The translations under genes were made by a program, and so were the position numbers. Shown here in pieces: positions 55,926-64,000 of a stretch of DNA of 64,000 nt; position 1 is the stretch's first letter; each line of letters begins with the position of its first letter. This DNA comes from an uncultured Acidimicrobiaceae bacterium. GTDB taxonomy: Bacteria; Actinomycetota; Acidimicrobiia; Acidimicrobiales; RAAP-2. Where the stretch lies: contig CAWGEX010000002.1 of assembly GCA_963821755.1 (NCBI GenBank), positions 864,717-928,716 of the forward strand, written 5' to 3'. The notes under the pieces were generated by a model that was not told where the DNA came from, ran no database searches, and worked only from the letters and a program-made list of their open reading frames with translations.

Positions 55926-56714
55926 GTGCCCCGGCTCGACCCGCCTCCCTGGTTGTCGCGGTTGGTGCCCGGGTGGGAGCCGACGCTGGCCTACCAGCTG
56001 GTACCCGAAGTGACGACGTGGCGACTCACGCACCCCGACGGTCGGGTGCGCTTCGCCAAGATCAGCGCCTGCGGGGGCTACCCCACGCTGGCGGGCGAAG
56101 CCGAACGGATGGTGTGGGCCGCGGCCTACTTACCCGTCCCCACGGTCGTCGCCATCGAAGACGTCGAAGGCAGCACCGTGCTCATCACCGAGGGACTCGG
56201 TGGGCACGACGCCACCGACCCGAGGTGGAGCGGCGACCGGCCCGCGTTGGTGCGGATCTTCGGGGAGGGCCTGGCCGCATTCCACCGGGCCGTCGGGGAG
56301 GAATGGTGCCCCTTCGGGTTCGAAGTCGGCGTGGCGCTGGACCATGTCCGCCGCCGCGCCGAGGCCGGGCTGCTGGACCCGGCACACCAATTCCACCCGG
56401 AGTACCGGCACCTGACCGTGGCGTCCGCCGTGGCGCTGCTGGAAGCGACCGCACCCGACGTGGAGGATCTCGTGGTGTGCCACGGCGACTACTGCCCGCC
56501 CAACGTGCTGCTGGCCGACGGGCACGTGACGGGGTACGTCGACCTGGGCGAGCTCGGGGTGGCCGACCGCTGGTGGGACATCACCATCGGGGCCTGGAGC
56601 ACGGGATGGAACTTCGGGACCGAGTACGAGCCGCTCTTCTATGAGAGCTACGGCACCGAACCCGATCCCGATCGCATCGCGTTCTACCGTCTTTTGTGGG
56701 AGTGCGTCTCGTAA
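55926..56714 (+). CDS. aminoglycoside/phosphotransferase (APH) family kinase
   Basis: GTG 55926 in ORF 55638..56714. VVCHGDYCPPNVLL (Brenner motif) and YVDLGELGVADRWWD. Confidence 0.8.
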   Translation: MPRLDPPPWLSRLVPGWEPTLAYQLVPEVTTWRLTHPDGRVRFAKISACGGYPTLAGEAERMVWAAAYLPVPTVVAIEDVEGSTVLITEGLGGHDATDPRWSGDRPALVRIFGEGLAAFHRAVGEEWCPFGFEVGVALDHVRRRAEAGLLDPAHQFHPEYRHLTVASAVALLEATAPDVEDLVVCHGDYCPPNVLLADGHVTGYVDLGELGVADRWWDITIGAWSTGWNFGTEYEPLFYESYGTEPDPDRIAFYRLLWECVS

Positions 56715-57394
56715 CCACCGAGCTGGCGGGCCCGTTCGAACACGGCATCGAACATGGGCTCGGTCAATCGACCGGTGAAGGTGTTCTGTTGGCTCGGGTG
56801 GTAGGAGCACAGCAACGTGCGGCCATCGGGCAGCGGGTGCTCGGCCAGGTGCCCGAAGACCGGGCGCGGGCGCAGCCCCAGCAACCCCGACACGCTCTGG
56901 CAGGCGAACTGGCCCAACACCACGATGACGCGTCGCTCCCCGAGCAGCTCCAGTTCCCGGGCCAGATAGGGGGCACAGGCGGCTCGCTCCGTTGGGTTCG
57001 GCTTGTTGTCGGGTGGCGCGCAGTGCACCGCGGCGGTGATGTAGGCGTCGACGAGCTCCAGGCCGTCATCGAGCGACCGGCCGGTGGGCTGGGAGGAATA
57101 TCCGGCCCGGTACAGCGCGCCAAAGAGCCAATCCCCCGAGCGGTCTCCCGTGAACATGCGACCGGTTCGATTGGCGCCGTGGGCCGCCGGGGCCAGGCCG
57201 ACAATGACGAGGCGAGCCCCGGGGTCGCCGAAGCCCGGCACGGCCCGGCCCCAGTAGGTCTCGCCGGCGAAGGAGGCGCGCGGGTTGGCGGCCACTCCCT
57301 CGCGCCAGCGCACCAGCCGAGGACAGCGGTCGCAGTCCGTCACGTCGCTTTGGACCCGGGCGAGTGAGTCTGCCGGGACCCGGTTCGACGGCAC
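56684..57394 (-). CDS. uracil-DNA glycosylase, family 4/5 (UdgB-like)
   Basis: In-frame part of ORF 56684..57721. CDRCPRL, GLAPAAHGANRTGRMFTGDRSG, SYHPSQQNT. The start (GTG 57394) is inferred. Upstream in-frame codons belong to a tandem repeat with poor codon bias. Confidence 0.8.
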   Translation of the reverse strand: MPSNRVPADSLARVQSDVTDCDRCPRLVRWREGVAANPRASFAGETYWGRAVPGFGDPGARLVIVGLAPAAHGANRTGRMFTGDRSGDWLFGALYRAGYSSQPTGRSLDDGLELVDAYITAAVHCAPPDNKPNPTERAACAPYLARELELLGERRVIVVLGQFACQSVSGLLGLRPRPVFGHLAEHPLPDGRTLLCSYHPSQQNTFTGRLTEPMFDAVFERARQLGGYETHSHKRR

Positions 57395-57435
57395 GCCGCA
57401 GAGCCTACGATGGCTGCCCGTGCCTGCGTCTCCTC

Positions 57436-57535
57436 GCTCTGCCTCTGCTCGCTCTGGCTCTTCTCGTCCCGGCTCTGCTCGCTCTGGCTCTGCTCGGCCT
57501 GGCTCCGCTCGTTCCGCCTCCGCTCGGCCTCGGTC
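57436..57535. repeat. imperfect 15-bp tandem repeat, about 6.7 copies (consensus gctctggctctgctc)
   Basis: gctctgcctctgctc / gctctggctcttctc / gtcccggctctgctc / gctctggctctgctc / ggcctggctccgctc / gttccgcctccgctc / ggcctcggtc. Lies in the divergent UDG / His-phosphatase intergenic region. Confidence 0.85.
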
Positions 57536-57569
57536 AAAGCGCTCCCCCACCCAGGGCCCGGCGCCGACG

Positions 57570-58184
57570 GTGGTGCTGCTGGTCCGACACGGTACGACCC
57601 CGACCACCGGCAAGATGCTGCCGGGGAGAGCGCCGGGCCTGCATCTGGCCGAGAAGGGGCGTATCCAGGCGGGCGTGGTGGCCGAGCGGATCGGCGCCTT
57701 GGAAAAGCCGCCAACGGCCATTTACGCGTCGCCGCTGGAGCGGGCGCGGGAGACGGCGGCCCCGATTGCCTCCGCCCTCGGGTTGCGGGTGCGCACGGCT
57801 GCCGGTCTGATCGAGGCGGATGTGGGTGACTGGACCGAAAAATCGCTGCGCAAGCTGTACAAGACCAAGGAATGGCCCATCGTCCAGCGCTGGCCTAGTG
57901 GGTTTCGATTCCCGGGCGGCGAGTCGTTCGCCGACATGTCGGTACGATCGATGGATGCGGTACTCACCCTCGTGGCCAGCCATCCGGGAGAGACAATTGT
58001 GGCGGTGTCGCATGCGGACCCGATCAAGGCCATCGTGGCGGCCTCGGCTGGTGTCCCCCTGGACCTCATGCAGCGGCTCGTGATCTCACCCTGCTCGGTG
58101 TCGGCCCTGCTCTTCACGAGCGGGGGGCCCGTCGTGCTCTGCGTCAACTCCACGGGATCACTCAGCGAGTTGGCGCCGTCATGA
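57570..58184 (+). CDS. histidine-phosphatase (phosphoglycerate-mutase-like) family protein, MSMEG_4193-type
   Basis: The GTG at 57570 gives VVLLVRHGTTPTTGKMLPGR (RHG motif). ...ASPLERARETA..., ...VSHADPIKA.... The stop overlaps the next ATG (ATGA). Confidence 0.8.
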   Translation: MVLLVRHGTTPTTGKMLPGRAPGLHLAEKGRIQAGVVAERIGALEKPPTAIYASPLERARETAAPIASALGLRVRTAAGLIEADVGDWTEKSLRKLYKTKEWPIVQRWPSGFRFPGGESFADMSVRSMDAVLTLVASHPGETIVAVSHADPIKAIVAASAGVPLDLMQRLVISPCSVSALLFTSGGPVVLCVNSTGSLSELAPS

Positions 58185-58711
58185 GCGACGAAGTCGACTA
58201 CGACGCTCCCGATCACTGCACGGTCGGGGTCATCGGCGAGGTGGGGAGCCGCCTCTTTCTCTTCTACGTGCGCCAGGGGATCTCCGAGACCACGGTCAAA
58301 GTTGAAAAGCAACAGGTGTCGGTGCTGGCCAGCTACCTGGGACGGATCGTCAAGGAGCTGGGCCGGCCGGGTCACCTTCCCGAGGACCTGACCTTTTACG
58401 GAGGCGAGGATCCCGAGTGGGTGGTCGGGACCATTGGCGTCTCCTACGACGAGGAGATCGACCGCATCGTCATCGTGTTCGAAGAAGCCGGCGGGGAGGT
58501 CGACGACGAAGAGGATCTCGACGTCGACGATGACGAGAGCGGTCACGTGCTCCGCATCGCCCTGTCTCGCGAGCAAGCGGCGGCCTTCGCCATCCACGCC
58601 ACCAGCCTGGTGGAAGCCGGACGACCCCCCTGTCCACTCTGCGGCCTCCCTCTGGATCCTTCGGGCCACGACTGCCCGAGGACCAACGGTCACCGTCCCC
58701 CGGTGACCTGA
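58181..58711 (+). CDS. DUF3090-family protein
   Basis: 176 aa. GEVGSRLFLFYVRQG...VKVEKQQV...CPLCGLPLDPSGHDCPRTNGH. Typical partner of the MSMEG_4193 / SCO1664 genes. Confidence 0.8.
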   Translation: MSDEVDYDAPDHCTVGVIGEVGSRLFLFYVRQGISETTVKVEKQQVSVLASYLGRIVKELGRPGHLPEDLTFYGGEDPEWVVGTIGVSYDEEIDRIVIVFEEAGGEVDDEEDLDVDDDESGHVLRIALSREQAAAFAIHATSLVEAGRPPCPLCGLPLDPSGHDCPRTNGHRPPVT

Positions 58712-58717
58712 TCGGGC

Positions 58718-59428
58718 ATGGCCGAAGAAACAGTCGCCCGCATTCTCACCGAAGGCGACATGGAAGTGCACGGGAGGATCGCCGGGAGCTCCAACGCCAC
58801 GCTGCTGGTGACGTGTCGGCTGGGCGACGAAGAACTGATGGCGGTCTACAAACCCCACAAGGGCGAACGCCCGCTCTGGGACTTCCCCGGCGGCCTCTAC
58901 CGTCGCGAGGTGGCGGCCTTCGTGCTCTCAGAATCGCTCGGGTGGGGACTCGTGCCCGAGACGGTCGAGCGGCCCGAAGCACCGTTCGGTCGCGGCTCGG
59001 TGCAGCGCTTCGTGCCCGAGGACGGTACCTCGCACTACTTCACGCTGCGCGACGATCCACAGTGGCACCCCACCCTCGTTCGCCTGGGCGCTTTCGATGT
59101 CGCCGCCAACAACGCCGACCGAAAGAGCGGGCACGTGCTCCTGGCCGAAGGGCGCCTCTGGGCCATCGACAACGGCCTGTGCTTCAACGAGGACGACAAG
59201 CTGCGCACCGTGATCTGGGACTTCGGCGGGGAGGCCCTGGCACCCGACGACCTCGCCGCCCTGGAGCGATTTGTCAAGGGGGGACCGACAACCGCGCTGT
59301 GTGAGCTCTTGACCCCCTCGGAGCTGGCGGCGCTGGGCCGGCGGGTGTCGTGGTTGCTCCGTCACGGTGCGCTGCCCGAATTGGTCGACGACGGCGGGTG
59401 GCCGCCCTACCCGTGGCCACTGGTCTGA
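58718..59428 (+). CDS. SCO1664-family protein (PI3/4-kinase-like fold)
   Basis: 236 aa. SSNATLLVTC...AVYKPHKGERPLWDFPGGLYRREVAAFVLS...DVAANNADRKSGHVL...WAIDNGLCF. Confidence 0.78.
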   Translation: MAEETVARILTEGDMEVHGRIAGSSNATLLVTCRLGDEELMAVYKPHKGERPLWDFPGGLYRREVAAFVLSESLGWGLVPETVERPEAPFGRGSVQRFVPEDGTSHYFTLRDDPQWHPTLVRLGAFDVAANNADRKSGHVLLAEGRLWAIDNGLCFNEDDKLRTVIWDFGGEALAPDDLAALERFVKGGPTTALCELLTPSELAALGRRVSWLLRHGALPELVDDGGWPPYPWPLV

Positions 59429-59469
59429 GCGTCGCCGCAGAGGAGACGTCTGCCGCCACCTTGGGTCGG

Positions 59470-60603
59470 TCAGCCCTGCGCAGCCACGAGCGCCTCGACC
59501 CTCGCGGCCACCTCGCCAGCGGCGGGCATCGTGGCGATCTGACGGGCGGCGAAGGCCGCATTTGCCGCGATTGCCGGATTTGAGAGCACGTCGCCGACGG
59601 CGGCGTCGACGTCCCGGTGGCCGGCACAGTATCTACCGACGCCGGCCGTCTCACATGCCTGCGCCGTGCGAAGCTGGCTCGGCGCGCCCCGAGGGATGAG
59701 GACGAGGGGCACGCCGGCGCTCAGCGACGCGAGAACCGTCCCTGCTCCGGCGTGGGTGATCGCGATCTTGCAGGACGGAAGCAAGGCGTTGAGGCTGACG
59801 AAGTCCCTTGCCTGGACCAGGTCAGGGTCGATCGCAGCGAGCTCATTTCGCAGATCCGCACTGGGGGCCGTGACCACGACCTTCATGCCGCGTTCGGTGC
59901 AGCTTCTGACCGCCGCCGCGAGCTCGGCTAGTGCGTTGGCGAAGGTGGGGACGGTTCCGAAACCAACATATGCGTCCGCCTGCAGCAGTTCACCTTCATC
60001 GTCGAAGGGCGCTGGGCGTATCGGCCACTCGATGCTTGCTCCGGGGGGGCCGAGCTGCAAGATGCGAGGGCAGGGATTCACGAGCCCATGCTGGTAGAGA
60101 CCGGCGAACCCTGGCACATCGAGACCGTTGGACACCCATAGCCCTGACGCAAGTTCCTCAAGCTCGGAGAGCTCGCCCGTCGGGCGCAACGGGCTCCCCC
60201 ACGCATGAGTGACCCAGGGGATGTCTGCCCTGGCTGCAGCCACCGGCCCGGCGTAGTCGCCTTCGTCGTGCACAACGACGTGTGGCCGCCAGGCAGCCAG
60301 GATCGCAAGGAGGTCTCGCAGGGTGCTCGGCGCCATGATCTGCGCCCACATTCGCGTGGCCCAGTCGCTGGCCGGCTGCCGGTCGGTTTCCGGCCAGCGT
60401 CGGCGGCGCTCCTCTTGCATCTCGACCTGGCTCATCCCTGCTTCAAGAGGATGTAGGCCTGCCGTGGCGACGAGTGGGTGGCGGTCCAAATTTGTCGCGA
60501 AGCGAACTTCGTGTCCAGCCAGTTGCATGGCCTGCGCGAGACCCAACAATGGGACGATGTGGCCGACCGCCGGCACGGCACTGACGAGAACGCGCATGCC
60601 CAT
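59470..60603 (-). CDS. GT1-family glycosyltransferase (MGT/UGT-like)
   Basis: 377 aa. MRVLVSAVPAVGHIVPLLGLAQAMQLAGHEVRFAT and C-terminal ITHAGAGTVLASLSAGVPLVLIP. Confidence 0.85.
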   Translation of the reverse strand: MGMRVLVSAVPAVGHIVPLLGLAQAMQLAGHEVRFATNLDRHPLVATAGLHPLEAGMSQVEMQEERRRRWPETDRQPASDWATRMWAQIMAPSTLRDLLAILAAWRPHVVVHDEGDYAGPVAAARADIPWVTHAWGSPLRPTGELSELEELASGLWVSNGLDVPGFAGLYQHGLVNPCPRILQLGPPGASIEWPIRPAPFDDEGELLQADAYVGFGTVPTFANALAELAAAVRSCTERGMKVVVTAPSADLRNELAAIDPDLVQARDFVSLNALLPSCKIAITHAGAGTVLASLSAGVPLVLIPRGAPSQLRTAQACETAGVGRYCAGHRDVDAAVGDVLSNPAIAANAAFAARQIATMPAAGEVAARVEALVAAQG

Positions 60604-60681
60604 GTTCTACTGCGACGCCGGCCGTCAGTCCCTGTCAATGGGCGGGTTCGACCCACCCCGGGCTTGAGATCATCGGGCGCG

Positions 60682-61593
60682 ATGCCCACCTCTGCGGATA
60701 CTGTCCTGGCCATGGGTGACACGGTGGTGATGGACCTGCCCGATGGGCGTGAGCTCGCGTGGCTCGAGTCGGGTGATCCGAAAGGACCGGCCGTGTTCGT
60801 CTTCCACGGGACACCTGGTTCACGCCTCGAGGTGTCATGTGACCAGGTGCCCATCATCTCGTCAGGGGTCAGGTTCATCGCTGTGGATCGCCCGGGCTAC
60901 GGCCACAGCACGTTTCAACGGGGCCGTCGGTTAGCCGATTGGGCGTCCGACGTCACCCGCCTCGCCGATCACCTCACGATCGGTGGGTTCTGCGTCGTCG
61001 GCGTCTCGGGTGGCGGGCCCCACGCCGCCGTGTGCGCCCGGTTCATTCCCGAGCGCGTGCTGGGCGCTGGCATCGTGAGCGGTGTGGGCCCATTGGCCGA
61101 GCCGGGAACCGAGAACGAGATGATGGGATTCAACCGGGCCGTCACCCGCCTGGCCCGCCGGTCTCAATACTTGGTCTATCCACCCTTTGCGCTGAGCGCA
61201 GCGATCTTCCGCCGGTGGCCCGAGCTGGCCCTGCGGGCCGCGTCTGGTCAGATGCCAAACTCGGACATCGAGATACTGAGCCGTCCATCCGTGAGGGCGG
61301 CGTATATCGACACCTATCGACGGTCGCCCTCAACCAGCGCCCTCGCTGCGGCACAAGATTTTGCCCTGTTCGCCGGTGACTGGGGCTTCCGCCTGGACGA
61401 CATCACCGTGCCTGTCGACATCTGGCACGGTGATGACGATCGCAACGTGCCGATGTCGCACGGACGACTCCAGGCCGAACGGATCCAGGGGGCTCGCCTG
61501 CACGAGTGCCCCGGGGAGGGCCACCTGTTGGTCATCGATCGCCTGGAGGAAATTCTGCGGACCGTGAGCGCGCACGGCGCAGGAGGCGGCTGA
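60682..61593 (+). CDS. alpha/beta hydrolase
   Basis: ATG 60682 in ORF 60478..61593. VFVFHGTPGSRL, nucleophile elbow VVGVSGGGP, and HGDDDRNVP...GEGHL. Confidence 0.82.
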   Translation: MPTSADTVLAMGDTVVMDLPDGRELAWLESGDPKGPAVFVFHGTPGSRLEVSCDQVPIISSGVRFIAVDRPGYGHSTFQRGRRLADWASDVTRLADHLTIGGFCVVGVSGGGPHAAVCARFIPERVLGAGIVSGVGPLAEPGTENEMMGFNRAVTRLARRSQYLVYPPFALSAAIFRRWPELALRAASGQMPNSDIEILSRPSVRAAYIDTYRRSPSTSALAAAQDFALFAGDWGFRLDDITVPVDIWHGDDDRNVPMSHGRLQAERIQGARLHECPGEGHLLVIDRLEEILRTVSAHGAGGG

Positions 61594-61735
61594 TCCGCGG
61601 AGGCCACGAGCAGGTGGCGGGATCGGGCCGCAGGCGCGCCGGTTGGGACAAGCCTATGCACGGAGATGGACGCTGCCCAGCACTTGCGGCGACCAGACTC
61701 CGTTCGTCGGGTCGCCCTGCCGGTAGCTTGGTTCG

Positions 61736-62206
61736 GTGGCGATGTCTCCTTACATCAGAAGGCTCCGTGAGCTGGTTGGTAGTGAGCTCTTGGTGCTTCC
61801 CGCGGTGACCGTACTTCCCAGGGATGGCCAAGGCCGGGTTCTTATCGTCCGACTCATCGACTCCGGGTTGTGGGCAACTATCGGCGGCGCGATTGAACCC
61901 GACGAGACACCGGAGCAGGCGGCTCTTCGAGAAGCAGAGGAGGAGGCCGGAGTCAAACTTCAACTCGGTCCCATTGTGGCCGTCCTGGGTGGTCCCGAGT
62001 ACCGCTTGACCTATCCCAACGGCGATCAGACTTCGTACGTCACCACGGTGTTCGGTGCCACGGTGATCAGCGGCGAACCGAAGGCCGACGGTGACGAGAC
62101 CTCAGCCGCGGCGTGGTGGGATCCCGAAGACCTGCCTCATGACCAGATGAGCACCTTGACTCGGGCAGTCCTGAGGGACGCGGGAATCACCGACCACCAA
62201 GGCTGA
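61736..62206 (+). CDS. NUDIX hydrolase
   Basis: 156 aa. Nudix box GGAIEPDETPEQAALREAEEEAGV. Confidence 0.9.
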   Translation: MAMSPYIRRLRELVGSELLVLPAVTVLPRDGQGRVLIVRLIDSGLWATIGGAIEPDETPEQAALREAEEEAGVKLQLGPIVAVLGGPEYRLTYPNGDQTSYVTTVFGATVISGEPKADGDETSAAAWWDPEDLPHDQMSTLTRAVLRDAGITDHQG

Positions 62207-62244
62207 TCCTGATACGTCGAGCCGCCCGGAAGTGCCGAGCTACC

Positions 62245-62565
62245 TCAGCTGCCCGGCGCCCGGTATGTCGTCTGCTTCTTGGCGGCGGCGTCGAGCTCGG
62301 ACGCGGTGAGGAGAACGACCGTGCGCGCTGTCGCCCCACCTCCGGCGCTCACGGCCAGCGCAGCCGCAGCCACCGAGACGTTGTCGGGCATGTCCGCAAT
62401 GACGAAGACGTCGGAGGCACCGAAGCCGAAGTAGAACGATTCGACCTTCCCGCCGAGTCCCTCGATCAGAGCCGTGGCGGCGGCGACACGGGCCGAACCA
62501 CCTTCGGCCTTCAGGCCTCTGACGCCCTCAAGCGTGTAGTTCACTTCGAGCAGGTATTTCGACAT
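62245..62565 (-). CDS. GYD-domain protein
   Basis: 106 aa. MSKYLLEVNYTLEGVRGL...GGKVESFYFGFGASDVFVIADMPDN. Confidence 0.75.
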   Translation of the reverse strand: MSKYLLEVNYTLEGVRGLKAEGGSARVAAATALIEGLGGKVESFYFGFGASDVFVIADMPDNVSVAAAALAVSAGGGATARTVVLLTASELDAAAKKQTTYRAPGS

Positions 62566-62866
62566 GGCGCCTCCTTCTGAACCGTAGGCGCCCCAACGTA
62601 TTCGGAAACGCTCCGGTTCGCACAGGGTGCCCCGTCCTGGACGCGGGCAACGGCTGGAGTGCCGTGCCCGGTCCTCCCTAATCGGTCCCGACCGGTCGCC
62701 CGCAAGGCGGCGTGCATCGCTCGATCAACCGAGGCTCAGGCGATCACCGGGTGAGAGCGGAGTCGTCCTCCGCCTCATATGCCGGCCTACCTTGCCCCAA
62801 GCGGATGATCGGATCCATTTCCCAACATCCTCAAGAGGGCGGTTCGGTCAGACGCGTCGTTCAGCT

Positions 62867-63256
62867 TCAATCTGCGGCGATGTTCAGCGTCACTGAGCCG
62901 GCGGGATCGGCCCGGAACGTGCCCTCTCCTTCGACGGATTTCAGTGCGTCGGTTCCCGAACCTCGAACCACGGTCAGGGACCCAACGGCAGCACCACCTT
63001 CGTATTTTCCGTCGTGTTTCACGACGAAGCTCCCGTCACGTCCCCCTACGGTGCCCGAGATTCGTTCCATCCCGACAAACGTTGCTGATCCGTCCTCGGC
63101 ATAGGACATCAGCCACTCGGTCGTCGAAGTCCCATCGATATCGCCCGAGTATGTCTTGGCGACGACCGCTCGTGTGACCTTGGGAATTTCGACCTCATCG
63201 AAGGGAGTCTCGACCCAGTCCTTGACCTCGAACGTCGCAGATACCGGCGAAGGCAT
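62867..63256 (-). CDS. DUF3224-domain protein
   Basis: ATG 63256 (AAGGAGGGAGG upstream) in ORF 62867..63376. FEVKDWVETPFDE...KTYSGDIDGTSTTEWLMSY...GSFVVKHDGKYEGG. Confidence 0.72.
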   Translation of the reverse strand: MPSPVSATFEVKDWVETPFDEVEIPKVTRAVVAKTYSGDIDGTSTTEWLMSYAEDGSATFVGMERISGTVGGRDGSFVVKHDGKYEGGAAVGSLTVVRGSGTDALKSVEGEGTFRADPAGSVTLNIAAD

Positions 63257-63410
63257 GCGGCCTCCCTCCTTGAGTGTGCGGTTCACCCGTGTGTTCACGG
63301 CCCTCAGTCTTCGACCCTTCAGGGGGAACTTTGAAGAGTCTAAGAACCACGTACCCGGAGGGCCCACTCTACACACGCGCCCGCCGACTTCTCTGATCGA
63401 TCCCCCTCAA

Positions 63411-63764
63411 TCAGTCCTCAAAGGCCTGACGTAACCGCACGGCAATGAGCTCCTCGACCAGCGGTTGGGGAAGTGGCGTGTCGATCGGGAATTGGAGGGT
63501 CCCTTTCGACGTGGCGTACTGGGCGACGTCGTGGCGGAGGGCTGGAATCACGGATCCACTGTGAGGAAAGTAGCTCAGATGGGTCTTGAACGCAGCGAAT
63601 CCCGCAACAATTTTCCCCCGCAGCCTGAAGGCGGGCATGCCATACGAGATGCATTGTTCAGCGTCGGGAATGACGCCAAGAATGGTCTGACGCAGCTCAC
63701 GCAAGGTTGCCCGCTTGGGCTCGTCGAGCGTCTCAAGGTAGGCGTCAACCTCTTCCTTTGACAT
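63411..63764 (-). CDS. DUF1801 (YdhG-like) domain protein
   Basis: 117 aa. VDAYLETLDEPKRATLRELRQTILGVIPDAEQCISYGMPAFRLRGKIVAGFAAFKTHLSYFP. Confidence 0.78.
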   Translation of the reverse strand: MSKEEVDAYLETLDEPKRATLRELRQTILGVIPDAEQCISYGMPAFRLRGKIVAGFAAFKTHLSYFPHSGSVIPALRHDVAQYATSKGTLQFPIDTPLPQPLVEELIAVRLRQAFED

Positions 63765-63780
63765 GGCCTCGGTCGAAGAC

Positions 63781-64000
63781 TCAGCGCGGCGCCTGGCGAC
63801 GTGATCGCTGGAGATGCGAAGGAAACTTGACCCGACTCAGTGGTCCCCTGTGACGACTCGTATGGCGCAGAGGGACCGCGCTCGTGTGCAAGTGGCTGTG
63901 CAGCCAGCGTCGCCGGCCGGTCCAAGAGATGGCGAGGAGGGCCAGGCCGGCGAGCAGCAGACTGGACCCGACCGTGACGAGTGGGAGGAAGGTCGCACCG
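63781..64000 (-). CDS. 3' end of an unidentified ORF (C-terminal hydrophobic helix plus basic tail); gene runs off the window end
   Basis: Not in the ORF track. Minus-strand frame reads ...GATFLPLVTVGSSLLLAGLALLAISWTGRRRWLHS... to a TGA at 63783..63781. Third-position GC is high in the first 40 codons. Confidence 0.3.
   Translation of the reverse strand, partial: GATFLPLVTVGSSLLLAGLALLAISWTGRRRWLHSHLHTSAVPLRHTSRHRGPLSRVKFPSHLQRSRRQAPR

Noticed and set aside
57285-57569. Upstream extension of the His-phosphatase ORF (start 57285) giving an SR-rich N-terminal repeat domain
   Set aside because: Third-position GC in that frame is low through the repeat (tct, gct, cgt codons), and the extension would overlap the UDG gene by about 110 nt. 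A GTG at 57570, directly before the VVLLVRHG core, is more plausible.
1-64000. Search for mobile elements, prophage genes, toxin-antitoxin pairs, restriction-modification or other defence systems
   Set aside because: No transposase, integrase, terminal inverted repeats, phage structural genes or recognisable defence or TA modules were seen. The four methyltransferases look like small-molecule class I enzymes rather than DNA methyltransferases: I saw no DPPY/NPPY or PCQ motifs, apart from the NPPY of PrmC.

Overview
High-GC (by eye about 65-70%) actinobacterial-type chromosomal segment, densely coding. I saw no rRNA, CRISPR array, transposase or integrase. Left part (1-14.8 kb) is a conserved housekeeping backbone on the minus strand, in the order known from Mycobacterium and relatives: lysA-hom-thrC-(no thrB)-rho-rpmE-prfA-prmC-sua5, then rpiB-glyA-wecA-atpZ/atpI-atpB, ending at tRNA-Arg(CCG). 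From about 14.8 to 25.6 kb lies an accessory, partly decayed region. It holds four SAM methyltransferases, HxlR and TetR regulators, an SDR, DUF3237, a PhyH-type dioxygenase, gene fragments, a split uppP and an internally deleted csoR behind an intact CsoR-type operator. It leads into a YHS-permease/CDF metal module. The most unusual locus is 28.2-33.7 kb. It contains a PqqD-like (RRE) protein, an HPr-kinase-like P-loop kinase, a Tat-signal Thr-rich ORF and a PF14907-like nucleotidyltransferase, all translationally coupled. Divergent from these is an operon with a 109-aa unknown protein, a two-domain glycosyltransferase and two hotdog thioesterases. No known RiPP maturase is present. The right half carries MarR plus a heterodimeric ABC exporter, a frameshifted PaaX-like regulator next to a desaturase, an esterase, an SDR, argS, acnA, ArsR-SRPBCC, a PIG-L deacetylase and a DEAD-box helicase. 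It continues with Bcp, Fpg/Nei, an FrhB-like Fe-S protein, a KstD-like flavoprotein, APH, UDG, the actinobacterial His-phosphatase/DUF3090/SCO1664 triad, GT1, hydrolases, NUDIX, GYD, DUF3224 and DUF1801. At least four well-conserved genes (lysA, uppP, paaX-like, the nucleotidyltransferase) are interrupted by single-base frame changes. From sequence alone I cannot separate assembly error from pseudogenisation. All family assignments are motif recognition by eye, with no database searches. Many start codons are inferred and approximate.
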